Source: a virus
Lineage: Duplodnaviria; Caudoviricetes
Length of the DNA: 25,638 nucleotides
Virus record (IMG/VR): IMGVR_UViG_3300044452_000280
Span: 1-25,638 of that record
Reading direction: 5' to 3' (one strand)
A program made the translations under genes and the position numbers. How positions within the stretch are numbered: position 1 is the stretch's first letter; each line of letters starts with the position of its first letter. The notes under the pieces are model-generated. The model searched no databases and had not been told where the DNA came from. It worked only from the letters and a program-made list of their open reading frames with translations. Below, one piece after another: positions 7,078 to 16,050 of this stretch.

Positions 7078-8168
7078 ATGCGCCGAACAATGCGAACGCG
7101 AGCGGACAGCACCACGATCCCCGCCCACCGCGGGGACCGTCGGGCTGACTTCTCGTTCCTGCCGCGTCCGGTCCGGCTGAACACCGGCGCCAAGCGCATC
7201 ACGCTCCAGGTCGCCACCCCGGGCGTGAACCAGTACGCCTGGGGGGCCGAGCACGTCCCCGCCGAGACGCTCAAGGACGAGGCGTACCTCGCCTCGTTCG
7301 CCTGCTCGCCGACGACCCGACCGCCCACCGCAGCGATGGCAACGGCGTCCGCGTCGGCGACAAGCTCCTCGAGAAGCTGAAGCTCGGGACTGTCCTCCGC
7401 AGCTGGTGGGACGACGAGCGTCAGGTCCAGATGGCCGAGGCGACCCTGGACACGCCAAGGGGGCTCAAAACCCGCGGCTACTTCGGTGCGAGCGCCTTCT
7501 ACAACGTCGACATCGCCGAGGGCGCCGGCATCGCCCCAGACGGAACGCCGTTCCAGACCACGCAGTCGCGTCGGTACGGCGCGAACCACATCGTGGTGAC
7601 CAACTCGCCACGGGATCAGGGCTCCGGCGGCCGCGCCGACTCGGACCCAGCACCAGAGGCCACCATGAAGGGATTCCTCGCCGCCCTCGCGGCGCTGGGC
7701 ACGACCGTGCCCGCCAACATCGCAGACGACGAGGCGGCCGTCGCCAGCTTCGTCCACGGTCAGCGCGCCGATGCCGAGCGCGAGCGCGACGCCGCGCAGA
7801 CGAAGGTGACGGAGCTGGAGACGGCCAACGCCGAGCTGCAGACCCGCGCGGACGCCGACCACACCGCCCAGCATCGCACCGCCTGGCGGCAGGTCGAGGA
7901 ACTCGCGACCGTCCACGAGGTCGAGCTCCCCGACACGCTGTCGCTGACCGAGGCGCGTCGGGCCGTGGTCGCCAAGGCGCTGCCCAAGCGCGCCGACAGC
8001 ATCGGCGACGACAGCCTCGCCGACACCATCGAGCTCATCGCGTCCGTGCCCCGCGCCGACGCCTTCGACCGCGCCCGCACGAGGGCCCGCACCGGCTCGG
8101 GCAAGCGCGGCGATGCCAACAGCACCGACCCGTTCGACGTCATCGACAACCGCAACAAGGGGGCCTGA
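7078..8168 (+). pseudogene. DUF2213-type prohead protease/scaffold gene, frameshifted at ~7300-7302
   Basis: The first frame gives VATPGVNQYAWGAEHVPAETLKDEAYLASF. A second frame open from 7302 gives LLADDPTAH...LGTVLRSWWD...SAFYNVDIAEGAGIAPDGTPFQTTQ...ANHIVVTNSPR...RADS, matching DUF2213 motifs (G..Y...E.RP...LASF; G...DG..Y...Q....NH). Confidence 0.8.
7665..8168 (+). CDS. putative scaffolding protein from an internal in-frame start
   Basis: GAGG-CCACC-ATG at 7665, the same 12-mer as the start at 1430. It lies right after the protease domain and encodes an Ala/Glu/Arg-rich coiled coil. Confidence 0.55.
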   Translation: MKGFLAALAALGTTVPANIADDEAAVASFVHGQRADAERERDAAQTKVTELETANAELQTRADADHTAQHRTAWRQVEELATVHEVELPDTLSLTEARRAVVAKALPKRADSIGDDSLADTIELIASVPRADAFDRARTRARTGSGKRGDANSTDPFDVIDNRNKGA

Positions 8169-8171
8169 CCG

Positions 8172-9326
8172 ATGGCCGCGACCTTCTTCACGCCCCAGGC
8201 GACGCTCCACCGGGTCATCCTCGGCCGCGTCGTCCTCGGCGACCCCTCCAACGCCGACTTCCGCAGCGCCCAACCCGCCGCCGGTCCGACGCCCGCCGTC
8301 TGGAGCATCGCTGCGAGCGCCGCCTCCGACGAGACGCTGTACGAGCTGCAGGTCGACGCCCCCTCCCTCGGCATCGACGACCACGTGTTCAGCGTCACCA
8401 CCGACGCCGACGCCACGCCCGCCGAGCTTGAGCAGGGCCTCGTCGACGCCTGGAACGGCGACGACATCCTCTCCGGCCTCGGTACCGCCGCCATCGTCAG
8501 CGGCGACGGTCAGCTCGCCCTGCTCGACACCGTCACCGACCTCGTCGTCACCAAGCGGACCGACGCGGGCAGCCACCTCACGGTCAGCAACGACACACCG
8601 TACGCGCCCCAGTCGAGCTGGAAGTTCGCCCGGTTCTACGAGCTGACCCCGCCGACCTTCGAGGGCGGCGTCGTCACCCCGGGCCTGCGAGCGCCCACGG
8701 ACGAGTCGGGCCCGACGCTCACGCTCACCATCGGCCACGCCGCGTCCGAGACCTACAGCATCGACATCCTCCACGTCGACGCGGACGGCATCGAGAACGT
8801 CGAGACCGTCGAGTGGGATGCAGGTGCGGCTGCAGGCGACACCGACGACAACGCCGAGACCGCGCTCACAGACGCCTTCCCGGGCCTGACGGTGGCCAAC
8901 GCCTCGACCGGCACCGTCACGCTCACGGCTGCCCCGGGCGAGCGCATCGACATGCTCGCTCCGACGGCGAGCGGCTCGGCGACGCTGTCCGCCTCGGTCA
9001 CCAACGCCACCTCCCAAGCCACCCTCGGCCTCGTCCTCGACCCCGAGAACGAGTCGCCCACCACCATCGGCGGCACCGTCACCGCGGTCAGCGGCGGCCG
9101 CATGGTCCCGCTGCTCATCGACGGCGGCGGCAAGGAGATCTGGGTCGGCGTCGAGGACCCCGGCGAGCCCGTCACCTACGGCGATCCGGTCTTCATCGAG
9201 ACCGCCGGCTCCACCAACGAGGGGCGCCCCTACGCCTCTGCAGGCACCAACCGCCGCGAGAGCAAGCACTGGTTCTGGGTCCGTCGGGACACCGCGACCG
9301 GCCTTGCTGTCATCGGCACGAAGTGA
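8172..9326 (+). CDS. capsid decoration/cement protein with inserted beta-rich domains
   Basis: Sits between scaffold and major capsid. C-terminal G-x-IWV...V-x-x-GD-P-V motif of cement proteins; 384 aa, acidic and Thr-rich. Confidence 0.65.
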   Translation: MAATFFTPQATLHRVILGRVVLGDPSNADFRSAQPAAGPTPAVWSIAASAASDETLYELQVDAPSLGIDDHVFSVTTDADATPAELEQGLVDAWNGDDILSGLGTAAIVSGDGQLALLDTVTDLVVTKRTDAGSHLTVSNDTPYAPQSSWKFARFYELTPPTFEGGVVTPGLRAPTDESGPTLTLTIGHAASETYSIDILHVDADGIENVETVEWDAGAAAGDTDDNAETALTDAFPGLTVANASTGTVTLTAAPGERIDMLAPTASGSATLSASVTNATSQATLGLVLDPENESPTTIGGTVTAVSGGRMVPLLIDGGGKEIWVGVEDPGEPVTYGDPVFIETAGSTNEGRPYASAGTNRRESKHWFWVRRDTATGLAVIGTK

Positions 9327-9334
9327 GGCGCGAC

Positions 9335-10501
9335 ATGGTCTCCCCCATCCTCCCCGAGTTCAACGAGTTCGTCCCTCGCATCTTCGATGCCGCCCGCGCC
9401 GCCGAGGTGGCGTTCGGCATGGACCCGACGCTCACCCGCGGCGACGCCATCCACCGCGCCGACTCCACCATCGCGGTCCAGCGCCAGTGGGCCCGCGACC
9501 GGATGGCGGACTTCGGCGAGCGCCGCGGCGATACCCTGGACGCCGACGAGCAGCGCGAGATCCTCGAGACGCTGTCGGCGGTGATGACCGCCCGCGGTGA
9601 CGCCGCCGCCTTCTACACCGACGACCTCGTCGCCGATGTGGGCGCGCCGGTCGAGCGTCCGCTCAAGCCGCTGCAGCTCATGGGTGCCATCCCCGTGATG
9701 ACCGTGCCGGCCGGGGCCGAGCGCTACCGTCGGCGCGACTTCGAGTTGTCGGCCGACGGCATCCAGGACTACACGCCGGGCATGGTGCCGAAGGGCAACG
9801 CCTCGGTCACCCGCGGCGAGCGCACCCGGCCCCTGCACGCCACCGTCGGCTCGTACACCACCGGCGAGTGGCGCAGCGGGCAGCACCAGGGCTTCGCGGG
9901 CGTCAACAACGACGCCCTCAAGCAGCGCGCCGTGAACCGCAAGATGCGCCAGATCTACAACCAGCGCCTCAAGGACGGCGGTGGCTCGGCGCTCGACTTC
10001 CGCCACCTCGGCAACCTGCCCATGCTCAAGCGGAAGGCTGGCGGCGTCTACGGCGACACGGGCGCGTACTCGGCCGACGACCTCCTCGCCGACTGGGTCG
10101 CGCACCTCAACGCCATCACCGAGGGCTCGGACGAGGTCTTCGCGGCCGACACGATGCTGTACAGCCCGCGGATCCTCAACCGCGCCGACCGCTACCACAA
10201 CTTCGGCGCGGGCGGGAACGGCAACCTCCGGCGTCGGATGATGCAGGAGGCCGCCGACCGTGGCCTGCGGATGGTCCCCGTCATCGACCTGCAGAACCTC
10301 GGCGGCAACCTGGTGGACAGCACGCTGTCGTTCTCGTCGGCCGAAGACGGTCTCAAGCAGGTGATCGGCATGATGCCGTCGGCCGTGAAGTCCTTCGACG
10401 AGGGCATGTCCATCCGCACGGTGATGGGCATGGTCTGGGGTGGCCTCGACGTCGTCGATGCCGGCTCCACCCTCCGCGTCGACTTCAAGATCTCGAAGTG
10501 A
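9335..10501 (+). CDS. major capsid protein, DUF2184-like (HK97 fold)
   Basis: GAGG RBS, ATG 9335, 388 aa. IPVMTVPAGAERY, NNDALKQRAVNR and ADTMLYSP segments resemble DUF2184 capsids; synteny fits. Confidence 0.8.
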   Translation: MVSPILPEFNEFVPRIFDAARAAEVAFGMDPTLTRGDAIHRADSTIAVQRQWARDRMADFGERRGDTLDADEQREILETLSAVMTARGDAAAFYTDDLVADVGAPVERPLKPLQLMGAIPVMTVPAGAERYRRRDFELSADGIQDYTPGMVPKGNASVTRGERTRPLHATVGSYTTGEWRSGQHQGFAGVNNDALKQRAVNRKMRQIYNQRLKDGGGSALDFRHLGNLPMLKRKAGGVYGDTGAYSADDLLADWVAHLNAITEGSDEVFAADTMLYSPRILNRADRYHNFGAGGNGNLRRRMMQEAADRGLRMVPVIDLQNLGGNLVDSTLSFSSAEDGLKQVIGMMPSAVKSFDEGMSIRTVMGMVWGGLDVVDAGSTLRVDFKISK

Positions 10502-10505
10502 CCCG

Positions 10506-10898
10506 ATGGCGTCCGCAGCAGTCATCGCCGCCGTTCAAGCACTCCCGGGGGACTTCGCGTCCCTCGAGGGCGCCGTCGTCGGCATGCACGCGGACGCCGT
10601 CGCCCACCTCGTGAGCCAAGGCCATTTCGGCACGGCGCTCACAGAGGCCCACGCCATGCTCACCGCCCACCGCATGGTCCGTCTCGGCGCCGCCGGTGGT
10701 CTCGGTGGCAAGAGCAAGAGCAGCGTCGGCGGCATGACCACGTCGGTGTCCGCCGGCCGGATGTCGCGGACCCGGGCCCACCTCGGGGCCTCCGCGCTCG
10801 ACCTGTCCGACGCTGGCCTGATGACCACGGTCTACGGCGAGCAGTTCCTCTCCCTCCGTGACTCCCGCGGGGGCATCGTGCCGCTGGTGGTCTTCTGA
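10506..10898 (+). CDS. head-tail adaptor, DUF4054-like
   Basis: MLTAH, TTSVSAGRMSRT and TTVYGEQFLSL motifs; follows the capsid gene. Confidence 0.8.
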   Translation: MASAAVIAAVQALPGDFASLEGAVVGMHADAVAHLVSQGHFGTALTEAHAMLTAHRMVRLGAAGGLGGKSKSSVGGMTTSVSAGRMSRTRAHLGASALDLSDAGLMTTVYGEQFLSLRDSRGGIVPLVVF

Positions 10899-11341
10899 TG
10901 GGTGCCATCCTCGACGCCATCGAACGGTACCGGCAGCTCGCCGGCACCGAGATCCTCGTGCTCATCCAGGCCGCCGACGGGGTCGCCCCCAAGGGCGAGG
11001 CGAACCTGGCGACGGTCGCCGCGGCCAACGAGTTCGGCACCGGGCGCCTCCCCGAGCGTCCGTTCCTGCGGACGACTGCCAGCGAGTACGGCGCCGACTG
11101 GCTCCAGCGCTTCGGCAACGCCTTCCGCGGCCGCAACGTCGACCGGGCCCTGCGTCGTCTCGCGGTGAAGGCCGTCGCCGACGTCAAGCGCACCATCGTC
11201 GACCTCGACGACCCGCCCAACGCCGACCTCACCATCCGCATCAAGGGGCGGGACAACCCGCTCATCCACACCGGGCAGATGCTCAACAGCATCCGGGCAG
11301 CGCTCAAGCAGCCCGGCAGCGCCACGAAGCTGGTGGGCTGA
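10898..11341 (+). CDS. neck / virion morphogenesis protein
   Basis: VAAANEFGT..LPERPFLR and PPNA..TI..KG.DNPLI.TGQMLNSI motifs. Confidence 0.85.
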   Translation: MGAILDAIERYRQLAGTEILVLIQAADGVAPKGEANLATVAAANEFGTGRLPERPFLRTTASEYGADWLQRFGNAFRGRNVDRALRRLAVKAVADVKRTIVDLDDPPNADLTIRIKGRDNPLIHTGQMLNSIRAALKQPGSATKLVG

Positions 11342-11724
11342 TGCTGGACGACCTGCCAGGCTACCGCGGCGACCTCACACTGCAGCGCTTCGCCGCCCAG
11401 TCCATCGGCGGCGACGGCTACCCCGTGGCGCAGACCCCGACGACGTCGACCATCGGCGGCTCGTGGCAGCCGGCCACCTGGACGCAGCTGCAGCGCCTCG
11501 AGGAAGGCCAGCGCCGACGGGAGCCGCGGATGCTGCTCACCGACGCGGAGGTCCGCACCGCGAACCAGCACGACGGCACGCCCGCCGACATGCTCGTGGT
11601 CGATGGCGTCGTCTACGAGGTGCAGCAGGTCGAGCCCTGGGAAGCCCTCGACGACCTCCCCGCCCACTGGGAGTGCATCTGCCTCCGCCTGCAGGAGCTC
11701 CCGCCGGCCGGAGGTGACGCGTGA
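11341..11724 (+). CDS. head-closure / head-tail joining protein
   Basis: TGATG overlap. SWQPAT..QLQRLEEGQR and ADMLVVDGVVYEV...W motifs. Confidence 0.78.
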   Translation: MLDDLPGYRGDLTLQRFAAQSIGGDGYPVAQTPTTSTIGGSWQPATWTQLQRLEEGQRRREPRMLLTDAEVRTANQHDGTPADMLVVDGVVYEVQQVEPWEALDDLPAHWECICLRLQELPPAGGDA

Positions 11725-12254
11725 CGAGCGCCGAGATCCTCCAGGCCGTCCGGACCGCGCTCAAGGCGTTGTTCGGTCTCCCCGACGCGCAGGTCCTCCC
11801 CGCCGACAGCGACGCCGTACGCCCCGTCGTCGGCTACCTCACCGTCCGCGTGCTGTCGGGCGGCACCGGGCAGGTCGAGACGCTGTTCGTCCGCAACGCC
11901 ACCGACGTGCCCACCACCCGCGTCGTCGAGCGGGACAAAGACGCGCGGATCTCCATCAACGCCTACGGGAACGAGGCCGTCGTCTGGCTGGACCGGCTGC
12001 GGACGCTCTGGATGTCGCAGCACTCCGCCATCGAGGCGATGCGTGAGACCGGCCTGCATCCCAGCGGTGCGAGCGAGCCCCGCAACCTCACCGCCATCCG
12101 CGACACCGGCCCCGAGCCGCGGCTGCAGCTGGACCTCGAGGCGTACCACCACGTCGTCCTCGACGACGACCAGCCCCTCGACGTCATCGACCAGATCACC
12201 GTCGACCTCACCATGACGCCCGGTCCGGACGTCTCCGCCACCCTCGAGGTGTGA
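11721..12254 (+). CDS. neck/tail terminator protein
   Basis: GTGA overlap with a GGAGG RBS. RP...YLTVRV, ISINAYG and RNLTA.....E.R.QLDL motifs; immediately before the sheath. Confidence 0.75.
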   Translation: MTSAEILQAVRTALKALFGLPDAQVLPADSDAVRPVVGYLTVRVLSGGTGQVETLFVRNATDVPTTRVVERDKDARISINAYGNEAVVWLDRLRTLWMSQHSAIEAMRETGLHPSGASEPRNLTAIRDTGPEPRLQLDLEAYHHVVLDDDQPLDVIDQITVDLTMTPGPDVSATLEV

Positions 12255-12257
12255 CCC

Positions 12258-13355
12258 ATGTCCGCCACCTCTCTCGTCGAGATCGCCCTGGACGCCACCG
12301 TGGTGCTCCAGGCGACCGAGAACATCACCGACGGCCTCGGTGCCATCGCTCGTGTCTGCGCTGACATCGCCCTCGACGGCACCGAGCGCTTCCGGGCCTT
12401 CACCGGCGCGTCCGCGGTCAAGGACGCCAAGGCCGCGCTGGACGCCTCCGAGATCGACCAGAACACCTACGACGCCATCGTCTTCGCGTTCAGCCAGCCC
12501 GACCGGCCGAGCACCTTCTACGTCGTCCGCCAGGTGGTCACGACCGACGACGAGAGCGTCGATGACGCGCTGTCCGCCGCGGCTGCCCTCGGTCTGCAGG
12601 CGGGGTTCTCCTACCTGTTCCTCCTCATCGACGACCGCAACGCCGCCGACCACGTCGCGCTGTCGACCTACGCCCAGGCACGCCGCGCCATCGCGGTCTG
12701 CCAGAGCTCGGACGGCGGCTGGATCACCGCGGGTGTGCCCACCGGGTACGCCTCCATCGTCGGCAACAACCAGACGATCGTGCTGTACGAGGACACGGAC
12801 GCGGTCCAGTACGAGGCTGGCTGGGCTGCACGTCAGGCCGCGGCGAACCCCGACGAGCGTCGGCCGTCGGGTCGGTGCCGGATCGCCGGGATGGCCGAGT
12901 ACGGCACGCTTCTCGGTGGTGACGACCGCACGAACCTCAAGGCCAACCGCTGCAACTACCACGCCCCCGAAGTGCCCAACGGGGCGAACCGGGCGGTGTG
13001 GCCGGCCACCATGCTCGACGGCACGCAGTTCGGCCTCGTCTACACGAAGCTGTACCTCGAGCTGCGCATCATCCAGGGCGTGGGCCAGCTCCTCGCGCAG
13101 AAGCTCGCCGCCAACGAGGACATCCCCGCCAACGCCACCGGAGCCTCGATGGCGCTCGGTGCCGTCCGCCGCCGGATGGATGTCGCCCGCAGCGCCGGCC
13201 ACATCACGCCCAACCCCAACGCGACGCCGAACCCGCTGCCCAACGGGTACACGCTGTCCGCCACCGTGACCGGGACGACCCTGGCCATCACGGGACAGGC
13301 ATCCGGTCAGCTCGGCATCGTCGACCTCGACGTCCGCATCAACCTCGCCACCTGA
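12258..13355 (+). CDS. contractile tail sheath protein, DUF3383-like
   Basis: 365 aa. FSQPDRPSTFYV, NLKANRCNY, MLDG..F......YLE.RI and KL...DIP....G motifs; synteny fits. Confidence 0.8.
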   Translation: MSATSLVEIALDATVVLQATENITDGLGAIARVCADIALDGTERFRAFTGASAVKDAKAALDASEIDQNTYDAIVFAFSQPDRPSTFYVVRQVVTTDDESVDDALSAAAALGLQAGFSYLFLLIDDRNAADHVALSTYAQARRAIAVCQSSDGGWITAGVPTGYASIVGNNQTIVLYEDTDAVQYEAGWAARQAAANPDERRPSGRCRIAGMAEYGTLLGGDDRTNLKANRCNYHAPEVPNGANRAVWPATMLDGTQFGLVYTKLYLELRIIQGVGQLLAQKLAANEDIPANATGASMALGAVRRRMDVARSAGHITPNPNATPNPLPNGYTLSATVTGTTLAITGQASGQLGIVDLDVRINLAT

Positions 13356-13367
13356 CCGGAGGCCCTC

Positions 13368-13826
13368 GTGTCCGGATCCTTCACCGACATCGCCCGCGAC
13401 CAGGTGGTCATCGACGGCGACCGCTTCCCCCCGTCGGGCACCGACGAGTTCTGCCTCGTCTCCTTCCCGCCGGTCATCGAGACCGACGAGACCCTCGGCG
13501 ACGGCCAGCTCAACCGCAGCCGCAACCCGTCGCGGGCGTTCGTGCTCACGATGACCTGCGGTCCCAACAGCGAAGCCCATCGTCTCGGCGGCACCAAGTT
13601 CGCCGCCCAGATGGCCGCGCTCGACAGCGGCGTCGGCTTCGAGGGCTTCGACATGGAGTTCGCCTTGCCCAACGGCGACCTCTGCGCCGGCGTCGAGGTC
13701 ATGATCGAGCAGGCGCCCAACATGCGGTCTGGCCAGAAGGCGCGCGACTACACCTGGATCTTCTCGGGCAAGGCGACCGTCCGCGAGTACGGCCGGTCCA
13801 TCCCCGTCGGTGGAGGCATGGCGTGA
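13368..13826 (+). CDS. tail tube protein (DUF3277-like)
   Basis: GGAGG RBS and GTG start, 152 aa after the sheath. GDG....SRN and terminal YTWIF motifs. Confidence 0.72.
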   Translation: MSGSFTDIARDQVVIDGDRFPPSGTDEFCLVSFPPVIETDETLGDGQLNRSRNPSRAFVLTMTCGPNSEAHRLGGTKFAAQMAALDSGVGFEGFDMEFALPNGDLCAGVEVMIEQAPNMRSGQKARDYTWIFSGKATVREYGRSIPVGGGMA

Positions 13827-14317
13827 TCACCACGACCGTCGGCGGCCGCACCGTGACCGCCCAGCAGTACGAACCCCTGCAGGCCATGCGGATGTCCGGC
13901 CGGCTCGCCCTCGTCCTCGGCAAGCCCGCGTTGCGTCTGCTGCAGGTGGCCGTCTCCCAGTGGAGCACCATCCGCCGGATGGAGCTCCCGGACAGCCAGG
14001 CCGAAGCGGGCGCGTGGGCCATCAACGCCGCCCCGAAGCTGCTGGAGCTGCTCGGCGACGACGCCGTCGACGTGCTGGAGCCGCTGCTGTCGGAGCGTGC
14101 CGACCGGCTGGTGCTCGACCTGCTCCGCGGCGCCACGATCGACGGCGTCGAGTTCACCCACGACGCCGCGCTCACCGTCTTCGACTCGCCCTGGGACCTG
14201 CGTCTCGCCGCGGCCCTGCTCGCCCTCGAGCGCGGCCTTTTTCCCTGGCCCGTTGGCAGCTCGAACGCCAGCGGGCAGACCCCTCGGACCGCCCCGGAGG
14301 CGTCCCCGGCTGGGTAG
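13823..14317 (+). CDS. tail assembly chaperone (gpG-like)
   Basis: GTGA overlap with a GGAGG RBS; lies between tube and tape measure; contains the CTT-TTT-CCC slippery site. Confidence 0.75.
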   Translation: MITTTVGGRTVTAQQYEPLQAMRMSGRLALVLGKPALRLLQVAVSQWSTIRRMELPDSQAEAGAWAINAAPKLLELLGDDAVDVLEPLLSERADRLVLDLLRGATIDGVEFTHDAALTVFDSPWDLRLAAALLALERGLFPWPVGSSNASGQTPRTAPEASPAG

Positions 14318-14559
14318 AGGAGGCGTTGTCGTGCGATCCGGCGACCCCGGCACTCACCGAGGTGTGGCTGATGCTGGCCACGGCTCCCGAGCTCGGAACA
14401 CCGGGCTTCGGGGCGGTGCAGGCGTACGACCCGCCCACCCTGGCGCGGTCGCTGCTCACCGTGGAAGCGATGCGAGGCGCCCGCCGGCATGCCGAGCGTC
14501 GCGCCGCCGCCGAGCAGGCACATCGCGAGGCCACGCGCCGCATCCTCGGACGGGGGTGA
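14237..14559 (+). CDS. -1 frameshift extension of the tail chaperone (gpGT-like)
   Basis: The -1 frame is open from the T5 run (14238-14242): FSLARWQLERQR...EQAHREATRRILGRG, stopping 3 bp before the tape measure start. Confidence 0.7.
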
Positions 14560-14562
14560 CCG

Positions 14563-16050
14563 GTGGTCGTTGAGGACCTCGTGCTCCGACTCCGCGGCGA
14601 GGTCGTGGGTGGCAGCATCGCCGGGCTCATCACCGTTCTCGTGGGCGCCACCGCCGCGGTCGCAGCGTTCGTGCGCACCGAAGCCGCCAGCATCACCGAG
14701 CAGAAGCGGTACGCCGAGAGCATCAAGGCGACGACGGCCGAAATCCAGAGCCTCAAGTTCGCCGTGGAGACCTTCGGCGGCGACTTCCCCGACGTCGCCG
14801 ACGCCATCAACACGATCACCGACCGCGTCGAGGACGCCAAGTCGGGCATGCAGTCGTACATCGACGACCTCAAGCTCATCGACGTGGAGGTCTCGCAGCT
14901 CAAGGCCAACAGCCCGGTCGAGCTCTTCGAGGAGGTCGTCGAAGCGTTCGGCGAGACCGAAGACGCGAGCAAGCGGACGACGGCCGCAGTCCGGCTGTTC
15001 GGCGACGACCTGGGCCGGAAGCTGCTCCCGTTGCTCACCCGCGGTGGTGCCGAGCTCGCCCGGCTCCGGCAGCTCGCCGACGAGCTCGGCCTCACCGTCG
15101 GTGAAGACGCCGCGGAAGGTGCCGAGGAGTTCACCGTCCGGCTCGGTCTGCTTGAGGCGCGCGCTTCTGCCGTCGCCCAGGCCATCGGCGTCCGCTTCCT
15201 TCCCGTCGGCTTGCGGGTGCTCGACTGGCTGGAGGCCGCCGCCGACACCGCGCTGCCCGTGGTCCTGCGCGCCATCAAGCGCAGTGCGGAGGCCGCGGAG
15301 GGAGGGCTCGCGTTCCTCGAGACCCCGCTGGGTCGGGTGGTCACCCTCTTCGCGCTGCTCACCGGTGCCGGCGGCATCGCGCGCCTGCTGTTCCTGCTCA
15401 CGCAGCTGGCCTCGCGACTCCCCGTCGTCGGCGCGGTCTTCGCAGCGCTCGCCGGGCCCGTCGGTCTCGCGCTCCTCGGTCTCGGTGCCCTGCTGCTCGC
15501 CGCCGAGGACCTGTACACCTTCCTCACCAGCGACGATCCGACCGAGTCGGTGATCGGCCGGTTCACCGAATGGGCCGGCATCACCGACGAGGTGAAGACG
15601 GCGATCACCCTCCTCGGGGACGTCGCGACGAACACCAGCGAGCTGCTCGGCACGCTGTTCGACAACCTCACCGACCCGCCCGAGTGGCTGCTGCGGTTCC
15701 TCGAGATCCCGCTGCAGACCATCGCGCCTGACTTCGTCCGCGGCGCCCAAGCTGGAAGCCGCGCCGTCACGCGGACCGACAACCTCGAGGACGCCCCCGG
15801 TGCCCTGCTGTCGGGCGCCGCTCGCAGCTTCGTCGAGAGCCAGCTGCGCAACGTCGCCCTCGGTGCGGTCCTCACCCAGCGGCTCACCGACGGGCCCCGG
15901 GTGGTCAACGAGACCCGCCGGCTCGACGGCTCCATCACCGTGGACGTCCGTGGGCAGGACGGTCCCGCCGCCGTCGACACCGTGAAGCGGGCCGTCTGCG
16001 AGGTCCTCGACGAAGAAGCCACCGCCGCGATGCTGGACACGGGGGGCTGA
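14563..16050 (+). CDS. tail tape measure protein (short, 495 aa)
   Basis: Ala/Leu-rich helical protein with AVRLFG..LG.KLLPLL..G...L...RQ.A.ELG motif and a central hydrophobic stretch. Confidence 0.85.
   Translation: MVVEDLVLRLRGEVVGGSIAGLITVLVGATAAVAAFVRTEAASITEQKRYAESIKATTAEIQSLKFAVETFGGDFPDVADAINTITDRVEDAKSGMQSYIDDLKLIDVEVSQLKANSPVELFEEVVEAFGETEDASKRTTAAVRLFGDDLGRKLLPLLTRGGAELARLRQLADELGLTVGEDAAEGAEEFTVRLGLLEARASAVAQAIGVRFLPVGLRVLDWLEAAADTALPVVLRAIKRSAEAAEGGLAFLETPLGRVVTLFALLTGAGGIARLLFLLTQLASRLPVVGAVFAALAGPVGLALLGLGALLLAAEDLYTFLTSDDPTESVIGRFTEWAGITDEVKTAITLLGDVATNTSELLGTLFDNLTDPPEWLLRFLEIPLQTIAPDFVRGAQAGSRAVTRTDNLEDAPGALLSGAARSFVESQLRNVALGAVLTQRLTDGPRVVNETRRLDGSITVDVRGQDGPAAVDTVKRAVCEVLDEEATAAMLDTGG

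Noticed and set aside
7078-9610. RGD integrin-binding motifs
   Set aside because: They alternate with RAD and lie in internal scaffold and propeptide regions, so a protease-site explanation is simpler.
9335-10501. Encapsulin nanocompartment
   Set aside because: The gene is embedded among portal, scaffold, neck and tail genes and has a propeptide-like N-terminus; no cargo enzyme is adjacent.
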